DNA of 64,000 bases from assembly GCA_002633005.1 (NCBI GenBank), contig NMRA01000092.1, forward strand, positions 250,493 to 314,492. Reading direction: 5' to 3'. The DNA is from Phoronis australis (lineage: Eukaryota > Animalia > Phoronida). Every line of letters begins with the position of its first letter. Positions within the stretch are counted from its first letter, which is position 1. The translations under genes and the position numbers were made by a program. Of the stretch, positions 50,156-62,745 are shown piece after piece. The notes under the pieces are model-generated. The model made no database searches, had not been told where the DNA came from, and saw only the letters and a list, made by a program, of their open reading frames with translations.

Positions 50156-50400
50156 GCTTGAATAATATTTGCCAAGCTTGAATAATATTGGCCAAGTTTG
50201 AATAATATTGACCAAGCTTGAATAACATTGGCCCGGTGTGAATAATGTTGACCAAGCTTGATTAATATTGGCACAGTTTGAATAATATTAACCAAGCTTG
50301 AATAATATTGACCAAGTTGGATTGATATTGGCCAAGCTTGAATAATATTGGCTAAGCTTAAATAATATTGGCCAAGCTTGAATACTATTGGTCAGCTTGA
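50156..50400. repeat. 20-bp minisatellite, about 12 units
   Basis: Consensus GCCAAGCTTGAATAATATTG. Confidence 0.95.
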
Positions 50401-51313
50401 ACACGAACATGTACTTTCCAGCTTGGATCAGTGTCGAATTCAGTGTAGGACCAGTTATTTTTCGCAGGATGCTTGAAGAGGTGTGCGAATGCTAGCTTTG
50501 TACATCTGTATCAAGCAGTGTGTTTTTCGTACGTCCCTGTCGAATTGCATTGTTGACCTCTTCGCAAATGTTTAGATAATAATCTTTTTAAAATGGAACT
50601 TGCACGCTAATTCCTTATCTCAATGACTGCTTGGTCAAATTTGGTGGAAACACAACATATAGCGACGATGTGAATATGAAGTCGGTTGAAAATTGCCAAA
50701 TAATTTTAAGAACGAATTTTGTGTCAAAAGAGATCCGCCGTAAATCACTCATTCACCGAATCCAGTTGGGAAATAACACTGCATGATGCAGGTTATGTGA
50801 GCCCCCAAGTTACGTCATCAGTGCACCTATTTGCAGAATTTTTTGGTTTTCACATTTACAAGTTGTCAAAGAATACAACTGCACTTTGTTTAGCGTATGT
50901 TCAATTAGAATTGTCTTTTAGTCCATGCTATACATAAGGAGTTAGGAGCAAGGAGTTTACTATAGTACTGCGATCCTTATTCACATTGTTCAGGTTTATA
51001 CCGTAGTACAGAAGTGTCAAGTGGGGGTGGGCTTTTGTTATTTTTCCTCACGGTCAAAAGCTCAACTTGTTAGCAGTTACGTCAGTACTTATGTTACGAA
51101 AACTTTTTTCGTTGAAATTTTAAGGTTAAAATCAACAAATAGCAGGAATTCAATTCCTTTTGGGCGAGATCATTGAGATATAGTGTACTTCGCAGGAGCA
51201 ATTTCATTACTGAAAAAGACCGTAGACGTTGACAAACAATTTTGTCTTTTTTGTAATGTTCATGTGCGAGGTCATGAAAAAAACTTCGTAACACAAAGCA
51301 ACAGAAAGAAGAC

Positions 51314-51724
51314 CTCTGCCGGTTGCATGTAACAGTCCTAAATATGGACCCTATTGCGTATTTGCGAGCTTGTGAAAACACTGGTTGTCCTATCTTATGC
51401 TGTTTGAGTATCAATACTATGCCAATTTTTGGCTTTGATCGAGAGGGCATACATTGAAATCTCAATATTAACGAAAATAAGTAGGGACCTTTTCATGCAA
51501 AACCCCCAAATTAAGTACCATGTCCCTAAATATTTTGATTGAATTAAGGGCTCAGTTTTTAGTTTTATTATTAGAAAATGCCATTAGTCAAAGAAGAACT
51601 CATAATAAAGATGAAACTATAGAAAACTATTATACATGTGCCTAAAGAACGAAACCAATACAAAAAAGTTTTAGGGAACTTAATTGAGTACCTATTTGGA
51701 ACTGTTTCATGCAACCGGCCACTG
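51314..51724. mobile_element. MITE, CAGTGGCCGGTTGCATGAAAC family
   Basis: GCCGGTTGCATGTAACAGTCC / ACTGTTTCATGCAACCGGCCACTG; body colinear with 39129 copy. Confidence 0.75.
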
Positions 51725-52393
51725 GACGCTTTTACTATGCAGTAAATAGACGAGTTTCACCACACCGCTCAAGAGCGTAAAGCGTTACCATCACAATTTG
51801 TTTAGTTTTTGATGTTTCAGTTCGCTAATGAAATGAACATCATCAACCTAAAAAATCATATATTCAGCTAAATAAACGAGAATTTTGAAATTTTAAAGAA
51901 AAATTGGTTATTTCCAAGTTTGTCACCAAATTACGTAGTAATAGTTGCATAAATCGATAACGAAATGATTACTTAGAAAACTGTAACTATAGCTTTTTTA
52001 AGTTTTCGTTTTGAACATTTACATCAAATGAAATTTTGCCATGGTATTGATTGCAGTGTTTTCCTACCAAAGTATCTCTGACTTTTTGCCAAATTTTACA
52101 AAAGACATGGTCACATGACCCAATTAAGCACATAGTTTCAAAAAGCCAAAAACCGAATTCTATAGGCTTTCCACTTGAATCTATAGATTTCAGGGTATTT
52201 GTCCAACACAGACCCGTCGATCAGGTCCCATTTTTCTTCAAATGTCAACTTTTACTAAAGAAGTGAATTTATGGACGCTTTAACAGCTCTCAATCAAATT
52301 ACTCTTGAGACACAGGTAACAGTCTGCTAGTGACACGTTTAATTTGTGACGTACAATGATTAATGACGTATACTATTCGCAGTTAGTTTAAAG

Positions 52394-52554
52394 ATGGTTT
52401 TTCAAGTGTCAAAGATGCTTGGAAAGGTTTGGCAAATATTTTGTGAGAATTTCTTGCTGTTTATTACTTGTATTTGGTACAATGTTAAGAAAATCGGAGT
52501 TGCATTTAACGACTTCATTTGTTGTTCGCTTCACCGGTTCGTCGTGGGAGATGG
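52394..52554 (+). pseudogene. Truncated copy of the first 54 codons of the 486-aa ORF, cut at an N
   Basis: MVFQVSKMLGKVWQIFCENFLL...FVVGDG nearly identical to 59597-59757 at constant offset 7203; ends at N 52555, so truncation may be an assembly break. Confidence 0.65.
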
Positions 52555-52720
52555 NAAAAGACATGATTAAAAGACACGTTATTTCAAAACACACTTGTTC
52601 ATTCCCAAGTGGAAATAAAAAGACGCAGTAGTATCACCACAGAGCAAAAATAGGAACAAGTGGGACTCGGGAGGTGTGAAATACTGCAAAGAATGACAAA
52701 TGAAGGGGGTAACAGGAAAG

Positions 52721-53440
52721 TCACGCAAACAAAAGTAGCGTGCGGCACGACCCTGTTTGCAGCTCATTCAAAACCGATTTCTCTAATGTAAGTAAAAGGG
52801 ACTCCAATACTTTCAATCGCAGAACATCGTGCTCAACGTATCGAATGGACGTGTTTTACACAATTTCTTGACGGGTGACTTTAAGTTCATGACACTGTAG
52901 AAAATGATCTTGGATGGAGCCATTTTGAAGATGCATAGATAACCGATGGGAAGACACCAAACTGTTTGACCAATGTAACATTATAGGACAATCAACCGAG
53001 GACATTGGTTCATAGGGCGTACAGACTCATAAACAACACTACATCGGGACTTTCGCTTTAGAAATATTATTTTTCATGACGAAGTTGGAGGACTTCCTAT
53101 TCCGATAATAAATAACGACACCGAGGTCATCATCGGGATTACAAACTTTAACATTATTCCTAATGATTTTCTTAATGGCGAGTTCGTCCTGGAGGTAATT
53201 ATTGGGCATAACATTTTTGTAAAATACCTTTTTGATCAAACCGGTCCGACGTGCACTGGATTCACAATTAGTTTCGGACATGAATCGACTAATATATGAC
53301 GATCTACAAAAGCATTGGTGTAGCCATCATTCACAAGGGTTTGTCTTATACGAACTATGTTCCGAGGATACGAACGGAACGGAATAAAGATTGTTGACGA
53401 CAAGTGTTGTGTATTCAACCAATAATGCATTTACGAGTAA
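52721..53440 (-). mobile_element. Decayed Penelope-like retroelement, RT thumb/linker and GIY-YIG endonuclease
   Basis: Across stops and frameshifts the minus strand reads RIRQTLVNDGYTN, VFYKNVM, VIYYRNRKSSNFVMKNN, VVYE..P...C, YIGQT, RLSMHLQNGSIQDH, RLKVLESLL..VLN..RTLLLFA, the typical C-terminal order in Penelope-like elements. Confidence 0.8.
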
Positions 53441-56400
53441 CGTTCCGATGCCAATATGCATTGAAAACATAGACGCCGCAAAACCCGAAGTAGACCAATA
53501 CAAGCTTGGGAAAAAACACCAAAATATAAGCTGAGAACAAGTAGTTACGTTTATTTTTTTCTTTTCAAAAACCACTTACATGTCCATTGAACAAAATATT
53601 ATCTGTTTCGTAGGGCCTACTCCAGAACACCAGTCACTCACCACCAACAACAAAATATCATTTTTACCTGTCACGTAATAATCTTATTGCACTGCCGCGG
53701 CGTACCCGGAGATCTATAAAGTGGACCGCATTACCATTTTAAAATTTCTCCAAGCATGATGGTACAGGCCCAGAGTTGTCACGTGAACCGGCTGTGAAGC
53801 GCTGCTCCTAAAACTGAGCATGTGCACGCTGGTGTCATTTTAAATGTTATCAGTGTCTTTCATTTCTTATCATGAAAAATTTTCGGGAGATAATTTCCAG
53901 ATTCCTCCATTTTGACAGAATTCCAAGATTGGTCCAAGTTAAGTACCCAAAAAGGAATCTGAATACCAATGGAAATTTCCAAGTTTTTGTTGGCGAGTGT
54001 CGACCCGGCAAACACAACAGGTCTGGGTCTGTTGATGCTGATTCGGAAGTGATGCTAGATCGCACAACCACCTAACCATGTGTGGCGGGTAACACAACAG
54101 TTGGTCACGTGGTAATTGATATAATTTTAAGGAGACTACACTGTCTGTTTTCACTTCAAAAATCGACTAATTATTTAATAATTTTTTGAGGTTTGATATC
54201 CGTCTGAAGGTGACATGTAAAATGAAATAAAAAATATGTCGGAAAATAAGAATATTGAAGTCAATGATAATCTTTAAAGATCTCTAAAATACTGAAATAC
54301 TGAAATGACATGCAGCAGCAGAGGCTGGACGTTCTGCAGCCAACGCTGACGCTCAGACAGTGATGACACAGATTAAAATGGGAACATAAAAATGCAGATA
54401 TAACTTGACATGAAAATCGTACAAGAAAAATATCACCAACAACTCAAAAATAGGTCTTGAACTTCATTGTATAAGGAACGGAATGAATTAAACAAGGGAA
54501 TATCAACCAAATAAGCAAAATAAATAATAAACGATCATGTCTAAACATGCAATGACTACAACATTTTCACACACAGTATGTAAACAAAATTACAGTAAAC
54601 AACAACAATAAACGATAAGCTATAAAATCAATGAGAGGTCAGTATAAATGCCGTGGCTCACCATGATAGTGTACCACAGTTCTTCAAAGCTTTATGCTGA
54701 CATATCACCTTAAAACGAACCCACTTTATAATGTTGATTGTTTAGAACATTCCATTCAACAAATCTCATTTTAAATTAGACACAATACCCTTTCTACACT
54801 TCCTTTTTCAACAAACACGGAAACAATGTTCACATGGTTGCAATATCACCTGTAAAGCTTTGTCCATACACTCCGATTTTGAATAAGATTGTCCTATATG
54901 ACATTTGAACCACAATCTACACACCCCAATTGCCGTGCACTACTTTTGAATCACTGTCTACACACTCCGAATGTCGAGTCAAAACACTAGCAACAAATTT
55001 CGATTAGTCATTCAACATCCCGGCCAACCCGCGATCGAGAACGCCCGGAAGGCGATCGAGAACGAGACCTTGCACCAAAAGTGGCAGACGACAGTGACGT
55101 ACCCTGTGAATTAAAATGTCATTTTCATTTTCTGCTTAAAAAGAAGCCACTTTGGTCCAAACGCTACACACAGAAAAGCGTCAGAGTGTACTAACCTTTG
55201 TTGTGGATCTGAAATAATACTTGGCTTTTGCTTATTTTTTAAAATAACGAGCTCAGAAAGCAATGGCTTTCGGTAAAATGCCTTGCGCCTCGTAAAATCG
55301 ACATTTTTTACTTGTTATTAGCAATTCCAGAGACGTGTGACATTTATAGTTTAATTGTCCCTGGTGACACCTTTGTTAGTTATGATTTGTGAAAAAAATG
55401 AAATATTTACCAATACAAGCAGGTCTTTGTGTGAGACGGCGATCTGGAACGATGTCGTTAATTCTCTATAGCGATCTTGAAAGCACATTTTTTTCTCTGC
55501 ATTGGCCTGAATAGTCGTTAAAGTTAAGGTATTATGTCAATACTTTTAGAATATTACAGAGCCTGTATTAGTTAATGGGTTTACTATTAATTACATTTCA
55601 TCTTTTTTTCATTATTTCTAAGTGAGATTTAGCCTAAGAAACATAACTGAATGTGTTTGATTTCTTTCAGTTGAACTGTAGCCACACGACGATTCATTCA
55701 GGGTGTTAACGTCCACGCCTTCAAAAAAGAGTATTACAACTTCTGCATGTCACAACGGAGTGTATGTATGTGTGTTGTGGAGCCTCGTTCAGGAACTAAG
55801 AAATCGACTTAATATGACCACATGGCAATAAAATACAGTGACAGTACAAAAAGGCAAGACCTTTACCAGCCCTGTGATTGACGCGTTGCATTCGTCAAGA
55901 GTTTTTTTACCAATATAGTTAAACACAGCATGAAGCATCGTGTTCAGATACCAAGTCAAGTCAGTGTCCTATCTGTGATCAATGTTTCACGGAAAGAGTG
56001 AGCCTGATGCGACACTGTGTCACAGCACGATGACACTCTTTTTTTGTAGTGAATGTGGCATGTCATGCAAACAGTATGCCTCCTTCTACAGGCATAGCAA
56101 GAAAAACCATCATGAATGAAATCATTAAGTCCGGTGGCGAAGGTTGTTAAGTAACTTATTCAGATTTAGAGAGTCTGTGGTTGGTAGTTGTCTGATGTGA
56201 TAGTATTTTGACGTTTTGTTTTGAACCTTTTTTCCTCAAGTTTATTTCTATATCTGTGCTATTTCAAAAGGATCTTTAACAGAACCGGTACATTTTTGTA
56301 GTGTTTAGGTAGATTTAAATGGCCATACTACTGAAGTATCATTGGGCAATACTTACATACAATTGTTCCGACCAATTAGTATTTTAAAAGAAAATATATA

Positions 56401-58351
56401 TCTATGATTATTGTAGAAATTGCTTTCATGTTGTTGTTGATTTCCTGTGGGAGACTATTATACTGTCAGTCAGTCCTAAATACATTGTCTATGATTCAGT
56501 GATAGTTTAGTTTAATACATTACAAAAGTAAATGTTCAATTAATTTGTTATGTTGATTTCCCTAAAGCAATAAATTTATATATTTTTGTCAGACCAATTT
56601 TGAAGTATGTGTAATAAAAGATTAATATTATAATAGAGATTCTATAATATTGTTGATTTCCTGTGTAAATCACTACAGTTTGTAGTTCAAGTGACGTTAA
56701 TGACAACATGTTGACTTCGTTTTGAGAAAATCACAATATAGTATGTGTCTTATAACTGTCTCAATCTTTTTCAATGTTGCATTAAACTGGAGATCATGAA
56801 CTGATGATGCAGGTAAACTTAGGACAAAGACTACAAAACAGAAGAGTCAAACACAACGTACATTCAAGCCACACGGGTGCCACAAGTCAATCTGTTCATC
56901 TCTGTATCGATGTTATCATTGAAATATCAAGTAAAATCCCACCCGTTTTATGAGCACACCAGTTTACACAACTTCTGGCCAATTTTTAGATCCCAGACGT
57001 TTATGAGTGGGAATCTTTGAATCATCTCGTGAAGTATTGCCGCACTCCCTTCTCTCCCCATGGGCAAGCCCATCATTATTCTTTGACTTCACTGGGTATT
57101 TGTTTTTTTTCCTTTTGCTGTCAAAATTTTACAAGAAGATTCTACACTCGCTTTCATCTTGGTGCCGCAACAATTTGTTTATACCTGACTGACACGCCAC
57201 ATAAAACAACTCCTGGGTGAGTCTTCAGTTTAGAAACCCTTGTTCTCAGTGATTTCGTCTAAAAGTAGATGCCTGTACTTTTGAAAACCCTGGTAGGGTG
57301 TACCTTCACGTCGTGGGTAATATGTTCGTTGAAGCTCGCCTCACAATAACAGTGAACTTGTTTCCTGAAATGAAAATAAATTCGTTTGTGAAAGATCCAC
57401 ATTCTCAAAATTAGAGCCCCCGCCCAGGTTGAGTGCGGACATTACAGTATGAGATGAGTAGGTTTTATAAAATGGCTGCGATGATAAGTTGCTAAGGCAA
57501 CATCGTCACCTGAAGCTTCTCTTCGTAAAAGATTTTAAAATGAGAGGCTCGAAGATCACTAGATGGCGCTAGTATAACAATAGCTCACCTGGATGTTTGC
57601 ATCCATCCACAGTTCACATGCAACATGGGACGAACGCTCAAGAGCTTTGTGTTCTTACATTATTCCGATAGTAGAACGGAGTGGCCTAGCTTTATCTTGT
57701 GATTATGGGCCACAAGTTTTTTGGTTGTTACAAGTATGTTCTTTATGTTGTCTTCAGGCCACTTTTTGAAAAGATTAAAGAATTAACCGTTAAATATTTT
57801 AATTTTTTGGCAGCATTTCTCAAGAGGTCGCAAGTGTTCACAGTACTGCGGAAAAGAGTACACCGATTGTCATTTTTAATGTTGGTGAAAACAACTGCAC
57901 TTTGTTTAGCGTATGTTCAATTAGCATTGTCTTTTAGTCCATGCTATACATAAGCATAGTTAGGAGCAAGGATTTTGCTATAGTACTGCGATCCATACTC
58001 ACACGGTTCAGGGTTATACCGTAGTACCGAAGTGCCAAGTGGGGGTTTGCTTTTGTTATTTTTTCCTCTCGTTATTTTTGTATGCTCAGACCAACAGCTC
58101 AACTTGTTAGCAGTTACGTCAATACTTATGTTATGAATGCTTTTTTCGTTGAAATTTTAAGTTTAAAATCAATAAATAGCAGGAGTTCAATTCCTTTTGG
58201 GTGAGATCATTGAGGTATAGTGTACTTCGCAGGAGCAATTTCATTACTGAAAAAGACCGTAGACGTTGACAACCAATTTTGTCTTTTTTTGTAATGTTCA
58301 TGTGCGAGGTCATGAAAAAAACTTCGTAACACAAAGCAACAGAAAGAAGAC

Positions 58352-58761
58352 CTCTGCCGGTTGCATGTAACAGTCCTAAATAGGGACCCTACTGCGTATT
58401 TGCGAGCTTGTGAAAACACTGGTTGTCCTATCTTATGCTGTTTGAGTATCAATACTATGCCAATTTTTGGCTTTGATCGAGAGGGCATACATTGAAATCT
58501 CAATATTTATGAAAATAAGTAGGAATCTTTTCATGCAAAATCCCCAAATTAAGGACTATGTCCCTAAATATTTTGATTGAATTAAGGGCTCAGTTTTTAG
58601 TTTTATAGTAGAAAATGCCATATGTCAAAGAAGAACTCATAATAAAGATGAAACTATAGAAAACTATCATACATGTGCCTAAAGAACGAAAATAATACAA
58701 AAAAGATTTAGGGAACTTAGATGAGTACCTATTTGGAACTGTTTCATGCAACCGGCCACTG
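58352..58761. mobile_element. MITE, CAGTGGCCGGTTGCATGAAAC family (copy within duplicated block)
   Basis: Near-identical to 51314-51724. Confidence 0.75.
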
Positions 58762-59596
58762 GACGCTTTTACTATGCAGTAAATAGATGAGTTTCATCAC
58801 ACCGCTCAAGAGCGTAAAGCGTTCCCATGACAATTTGTTTAGTTTTTGATGTTTCAGTTCGCTAATGAAATGAACATCATCAACCTAAATAATCATATAT
58901 TCAGCTAAATAAACGAGAATTTTAAAATTTTAAAGAAAAATTGGTTATTTCCAAGTTTGTCACTAAATTACGCCATGAGTGGAAGACGTTTGATTGGCTT
59001 CTTCTGTTTGGGGATTTGGAAACAAACATGGGTGCAAGTGATGACCACTGCCTGTTTGTGGCAACGTTTTTTCACTAATATTTTAGACATTGTGGATTAT
59101 AAACACTAAAAATTAATTATTTTAATTCTTAAAACGGTCAAAATCAGTTAACTAAAATGGAAGAAAGGAGAAATAACGCGCTTTACGACTTATGTTCTTT
59201 TGTTGATATGTCNTTGAACATTTACATCAAATGAAATTTTGCCATGGTGTTGATTGCAGTGTTTTCCTACCAATGTATCTCTGACTTTTTGCCAAATTTT
59301 ACAAAAGACATGGTCACATGACCCAATTAAGCACATAGTTTCAAAAAGCCAAAAACCGAATTCTACAGGCTTTCCACTTGAATCTATAGATTTCAGGGTA
59401 TTTGTCCAACACAGACCCGTCGATAAGGTCTTATTTTTCTTCAAATATCAATTTTTACTAAAGAAGTGAATTTATGGACGCTTTAACAGCTCTCAATCAA
59501 ATTACTCTTGAGACACAGGTAACAGTCTGCTAGTGACACGTTTAATTTGTGACGTACAATGATTAATGACGTATACTATTCGCAGTTAGTTTAAAA

Positions 59597-61057
59597 ATGA
59601 TTTTTCAAGTGTCAAAGATGCTTGGAAAGGTTTGGCAAATATTTTGTGAGAATTTCTTGCTGTTTATTACTTGTATTTGGTACAATGTTAAGAAAATCGG
59701 AGTTGCATTTAACGACTTCATTTGTTGTTCGCTTCACCGGTTCGTCGTGGGAGATGGCGGTAAATTTCCCCACCATGACAATAAAAACAGCAGTCTCGAG
59801 CTCAAGGTCCTACCTGAGAAAACTAGTTGCCCAGTGAATGCTGAAGAGGACGTTCACCATGACACCCGATGTTGTCATGATAACAACGAAGTGGCAATGG
59901 GTGTAGTCTCTGCATCGTCCGCCCCGTACAACGATGTGGCTCTCAACGAGACAATTTTGTTGACAGAGGAGTCAGTCACGTTTGAAACACACGTAGACAA
60001 CTCGCCAGCGGACGTCCAGGTGCAGGAATGTACCAATACTGTTGATGACGAAGATGCCAAGGTCCTGTTTGTTGATAACGAGAACGTCCCGCATGACATC
60101 CTGGAAATGGATGACCAACGGCATGCATCGACGTCAACATTCAATAGGAAAGACGTGAAACAGGCGCTGCTCGAACTACTTGCATCTATAAAGCCGCCTG
60201 CAGAAGATTACGTCCCAATTATGGTTGACAAGTCCACTCAAATGATCCCTCATCCCTTCCAGCTCGAACTCCCGATAGTTCCGCCCATTGTCGAGTACAA
60301 GTGTGAAGAGGAAGGGACACCAGCTCAAGGTGTAGTCGTGGGACATAGCGAAGTTCTACCCAACAAAGTCAACCGTTCCACAGATACTGATTTTGAAGAG
60401 GAAGTTCATTATACTTCAGAGTATTATGAGAGTGACACGGCGACAACGAATGTCAAGGAAAAAGCCTCTGGATCGTTGGTCCGTATCAAAGATAGGGAGC
60501 TCTGCTTTAATGAAAAAGCTGAGTTGAATGAAATGTCAAAGACGCTTGGGGCGAACAACCTTCACAGAGATGTCATCCAGGAAGTGGAATGTCAACGGCA
60601 TGAATCAACCCAAATGGGTAATCGGAGGAATGCTAAACAAGTCCTACTTGCTCTAGTCGAATCAATAAAACCACCGAAAGATGACATCATAAGTTTGGAT
60701 GACCAACCCACTGAATTGGGCGCTTCCATTCCCCACCTATCCGAACTCCCGACAGGACCGCCTGTTAATAATATCTCAGATAATTTATACACAGAGTACA
60801 GGAAACTCAAACCAACAATGGGTGTAAAGGCATTGCTTTCCAAGTGTTCTGGGTACCCCAGCGTTCCTAACATAAGAGAGACGCTGAGTAACGATGCCTT
60901 TGACGTGGTTATGAATAGCCAAGCAGAAACCAAGCACTCACCTAGGCCACAAATTCAGAAGCGGATACGCTTCAAAGGAAAAAAATCAAGAAAAAATGGC
61001 TTTTTACAAGTTTGTAGGCGACTTTTCTGTTGTGGCGCTCCGAAGACAGATGACTGA
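59597..61057 (+). CDS. Uncharacterised intronless 486-aa protein: N-terminal hydrophobic segment, acidic low-complexity body with two-copy internal repeat, polybasic/Cys C-terminus
   Basis: 1461-nt uninterrupted ORF, GC-richer than flanks, AAAATGA start context; repeat QRHASTSTFNRKDVKQALLELLASIKPP vs QRHESTQMGNRRNAKQVLLALVESIKPP; ends RIRFKGKKSRKNGFLQVCRRLFCCGAPKTDD. No family recognised. Confidence 0.7.
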   Translation: MIFQVSKMLGKVWQIFCENFLLFITCIWYNVKKIGVAFNDFICCSLHRFVVGDGGKFPHHDNKNSSLELKVLPEKTSCPVNAEEDVHHDTRCCHDNNEVAMGVVSASSAPYNDVALNETILLTEESVTFETHVDNSPADVQVQECTNTVDDEDAKVLFVDNENVPHDILEMDDQRHASTSTFNRKDVKQALLELLASIKPPAEDYVPIMVDKSTQMIPHPFQLELPIVPPIVEYKCEEEGTPAQGVVVGHSEVLPNKVNRSTDTDFEEEVHYTSEYYESDTATTNVKEKASGSLVRIKDRELCFNEKAELNEMSKTLGANNLHRDVIQEVECQRHESTQMGNRRNAKQVLLALVESIKPPKDDIISLDDQPTELGASIPHLSELPTGPPVNNISDNLYTEYRKLKPTMGVKALLSKCSGYPSVPNIRETLSNDAFDVVMNSQAETKHSPRPQIQKRIRFKGKKSRKNGFLQVCRRLFCCGAPKTDD

Positions 61058-61820
61058 TTACAACAGCCCGTACTTATAAAGTTTAGTATCTATTCAGAGT
61101 AATCATCATACATACAGACATCCAGCTATCTGCATGTACTGGAGTATTTCTTAAATATATTCATTATCATAATGAGCGCAATTTGTTGATACGCCTCTAA
61201 TTTGATCACAAGCACACGACTTATTATAGCTACCAGAGGATTTGCTCGCTAAAAAATTTCAAGTTTTGTTCCGGGGTACCGCGGCCTTATCATGGGTCTC
61301 TGTTTCGTGTGGGATGCTAAGCATATATCCAGAATTCTCGAAAACACCCTAAATAAGGCTTCAGGCAACAGTCGCTGGGATTTCAAGGAACTCTTCTCAA
61401 GGGACACCACTTTGTAAAGGGTATGCAGGACTTAACTGACGAGTCTCTGCGAAACTTAAATTTTAATCAGTCAAGTATAAATTTTCTGAAAATGGATAGT
61501 CTGTAAAACTTGATTTTCGGCTTTTTACCAACCCAGTCTTCCATGAATTCGTCTTGTGATCAGATCTTTTTGTAAATTTTAACAAAGAGAAAGGTAGGTT
61601 GATAGCAAAATAAATGTATCAATAATATGACCAAATTTCAAATATACTTTCAGGATAAAATCTCCATAATGCTGATAAAGCGAAATTCATGATAATGCCC
61701 CATTATTTGATAGCACCTCGAGCAAAAATAGAACATTTAAAAAAACTCCTATAGCATTGTGGAAAACAGTCCACAAAGCATACTATCTGAAATTTACATT
61801 TAAATCTTATCAACCTTTTC

Positions 61821-62092
61821 CATGCGCGCATCCAGCCTTATAATATAAGGGTGCTCGAATTTTTCGGTATGCAGACCTTTTACTGAGAAAAGTCAACGAG
61901 GTCTAAAAAAAGGAAAAACAAACGGGGCCACTAGGTTCAGGCCTACGGATTCTGCATTCATGCCGAATTCCTGTGGGCTTTGTGGACTTTTGTCTCGTTT
62001 ACTAGGACTTTTTGTTTCGCTGAGGCGGACCTTTTTGCCCAAGTCGCCAAACTGGGGGGCTTGTTCGAGCCCCCCCCCCGGGTGCGCCCATA
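61821..62092. mobile_element. MITE, CATGCGCGCACCCAG TIR family, copy 3
   Basis: Degenerate TIRs, shared internal GGACTTTTTGTTTC.CTGAGGCGGAC; 5-bp flanks TTTTC/TTTTC. Confidence 0.7.
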
Positions 62093-62745
62093 TTTTCTGA
62101 GATATGATGTTTTGAGGATAGCCAAGTTTGTGTAGTTTTCATAACCTTAACGACTTGGAAAATTGTTTCGTCACAGTCCGCTCATTTTGGGTAATATCGA
62201 ATGACGTAGTAAAACCAAGTCGTCGCCAGGTAACCGCAATTCAGAGGGCACCGGCATCCTTTCCTCAGTGGTCGTGCCGGGCAACCAACTGCCTAGTGGT
62301 CACCAGACGGAGCCGCAACACCTCCCTGACTTTGTCGTACCCCGAGCGTACAGGTAGAAGTGCCCAGTAAAATCCGTATTTTGATACTTGATGAAATTTA
62401 AAGACCACTTTAATTATTGTTTTCAGTTATAGATGATTTTTGTGAGACTGTCTAAAAGGCTACTATCCGGAACTTTGAAGGGGACGATTATGTTTCATCG
62501 TAACAACAATGGCTGGCTCAGCGGAAATGATCCTCGTCCATGGAAAATTTAGAAAGCACAAAACTGAATAGCATTTCGTTAACTACTATCAAGTAGACTA
62601 TTGTGACGGAAGTACCTCTGACGAATGCAAATATATCTTTAAATTCAATTTCATTTTTTCGTTGAAGTAAAAGCTGTCTTCGAGATTATGTCTCTGTAAA
62701 GTTCACGGTCAATAACAAAGATTCCTCAAAATAAAAAGTAGTAAC

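Larger units (their letters stand above)
47688..59757. repeat. Two-copy duplication: 47688-47938 plus 50875-52554 versus 57637-59757
   Basis: Colinear copies including a MITE and the start of the 486-aa ORF; copy 1 is split by a 2.9-kb block absent from copy 2. Confidence 0.88.

Noticed and set aside
50156-50400. CRISPR-like interpretation of the 20-bp and 30-bp arrays
   Set aside because: Head-to-tail units with no unique spacers, eukaryotic context, no cas genes.
51094-51465. Repeated ORF (also 58207-58503) suggesting a small gene family
   Set aside because: Overlaps a MITE end and is frameshifted between the duplicated copies.
56420-56740. Recurring TGTTGATTTCC motif at roughly 100-bp spacing
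   Set aside because: Very degenerate AT-rich repeat with irregular period; no further structure visible.
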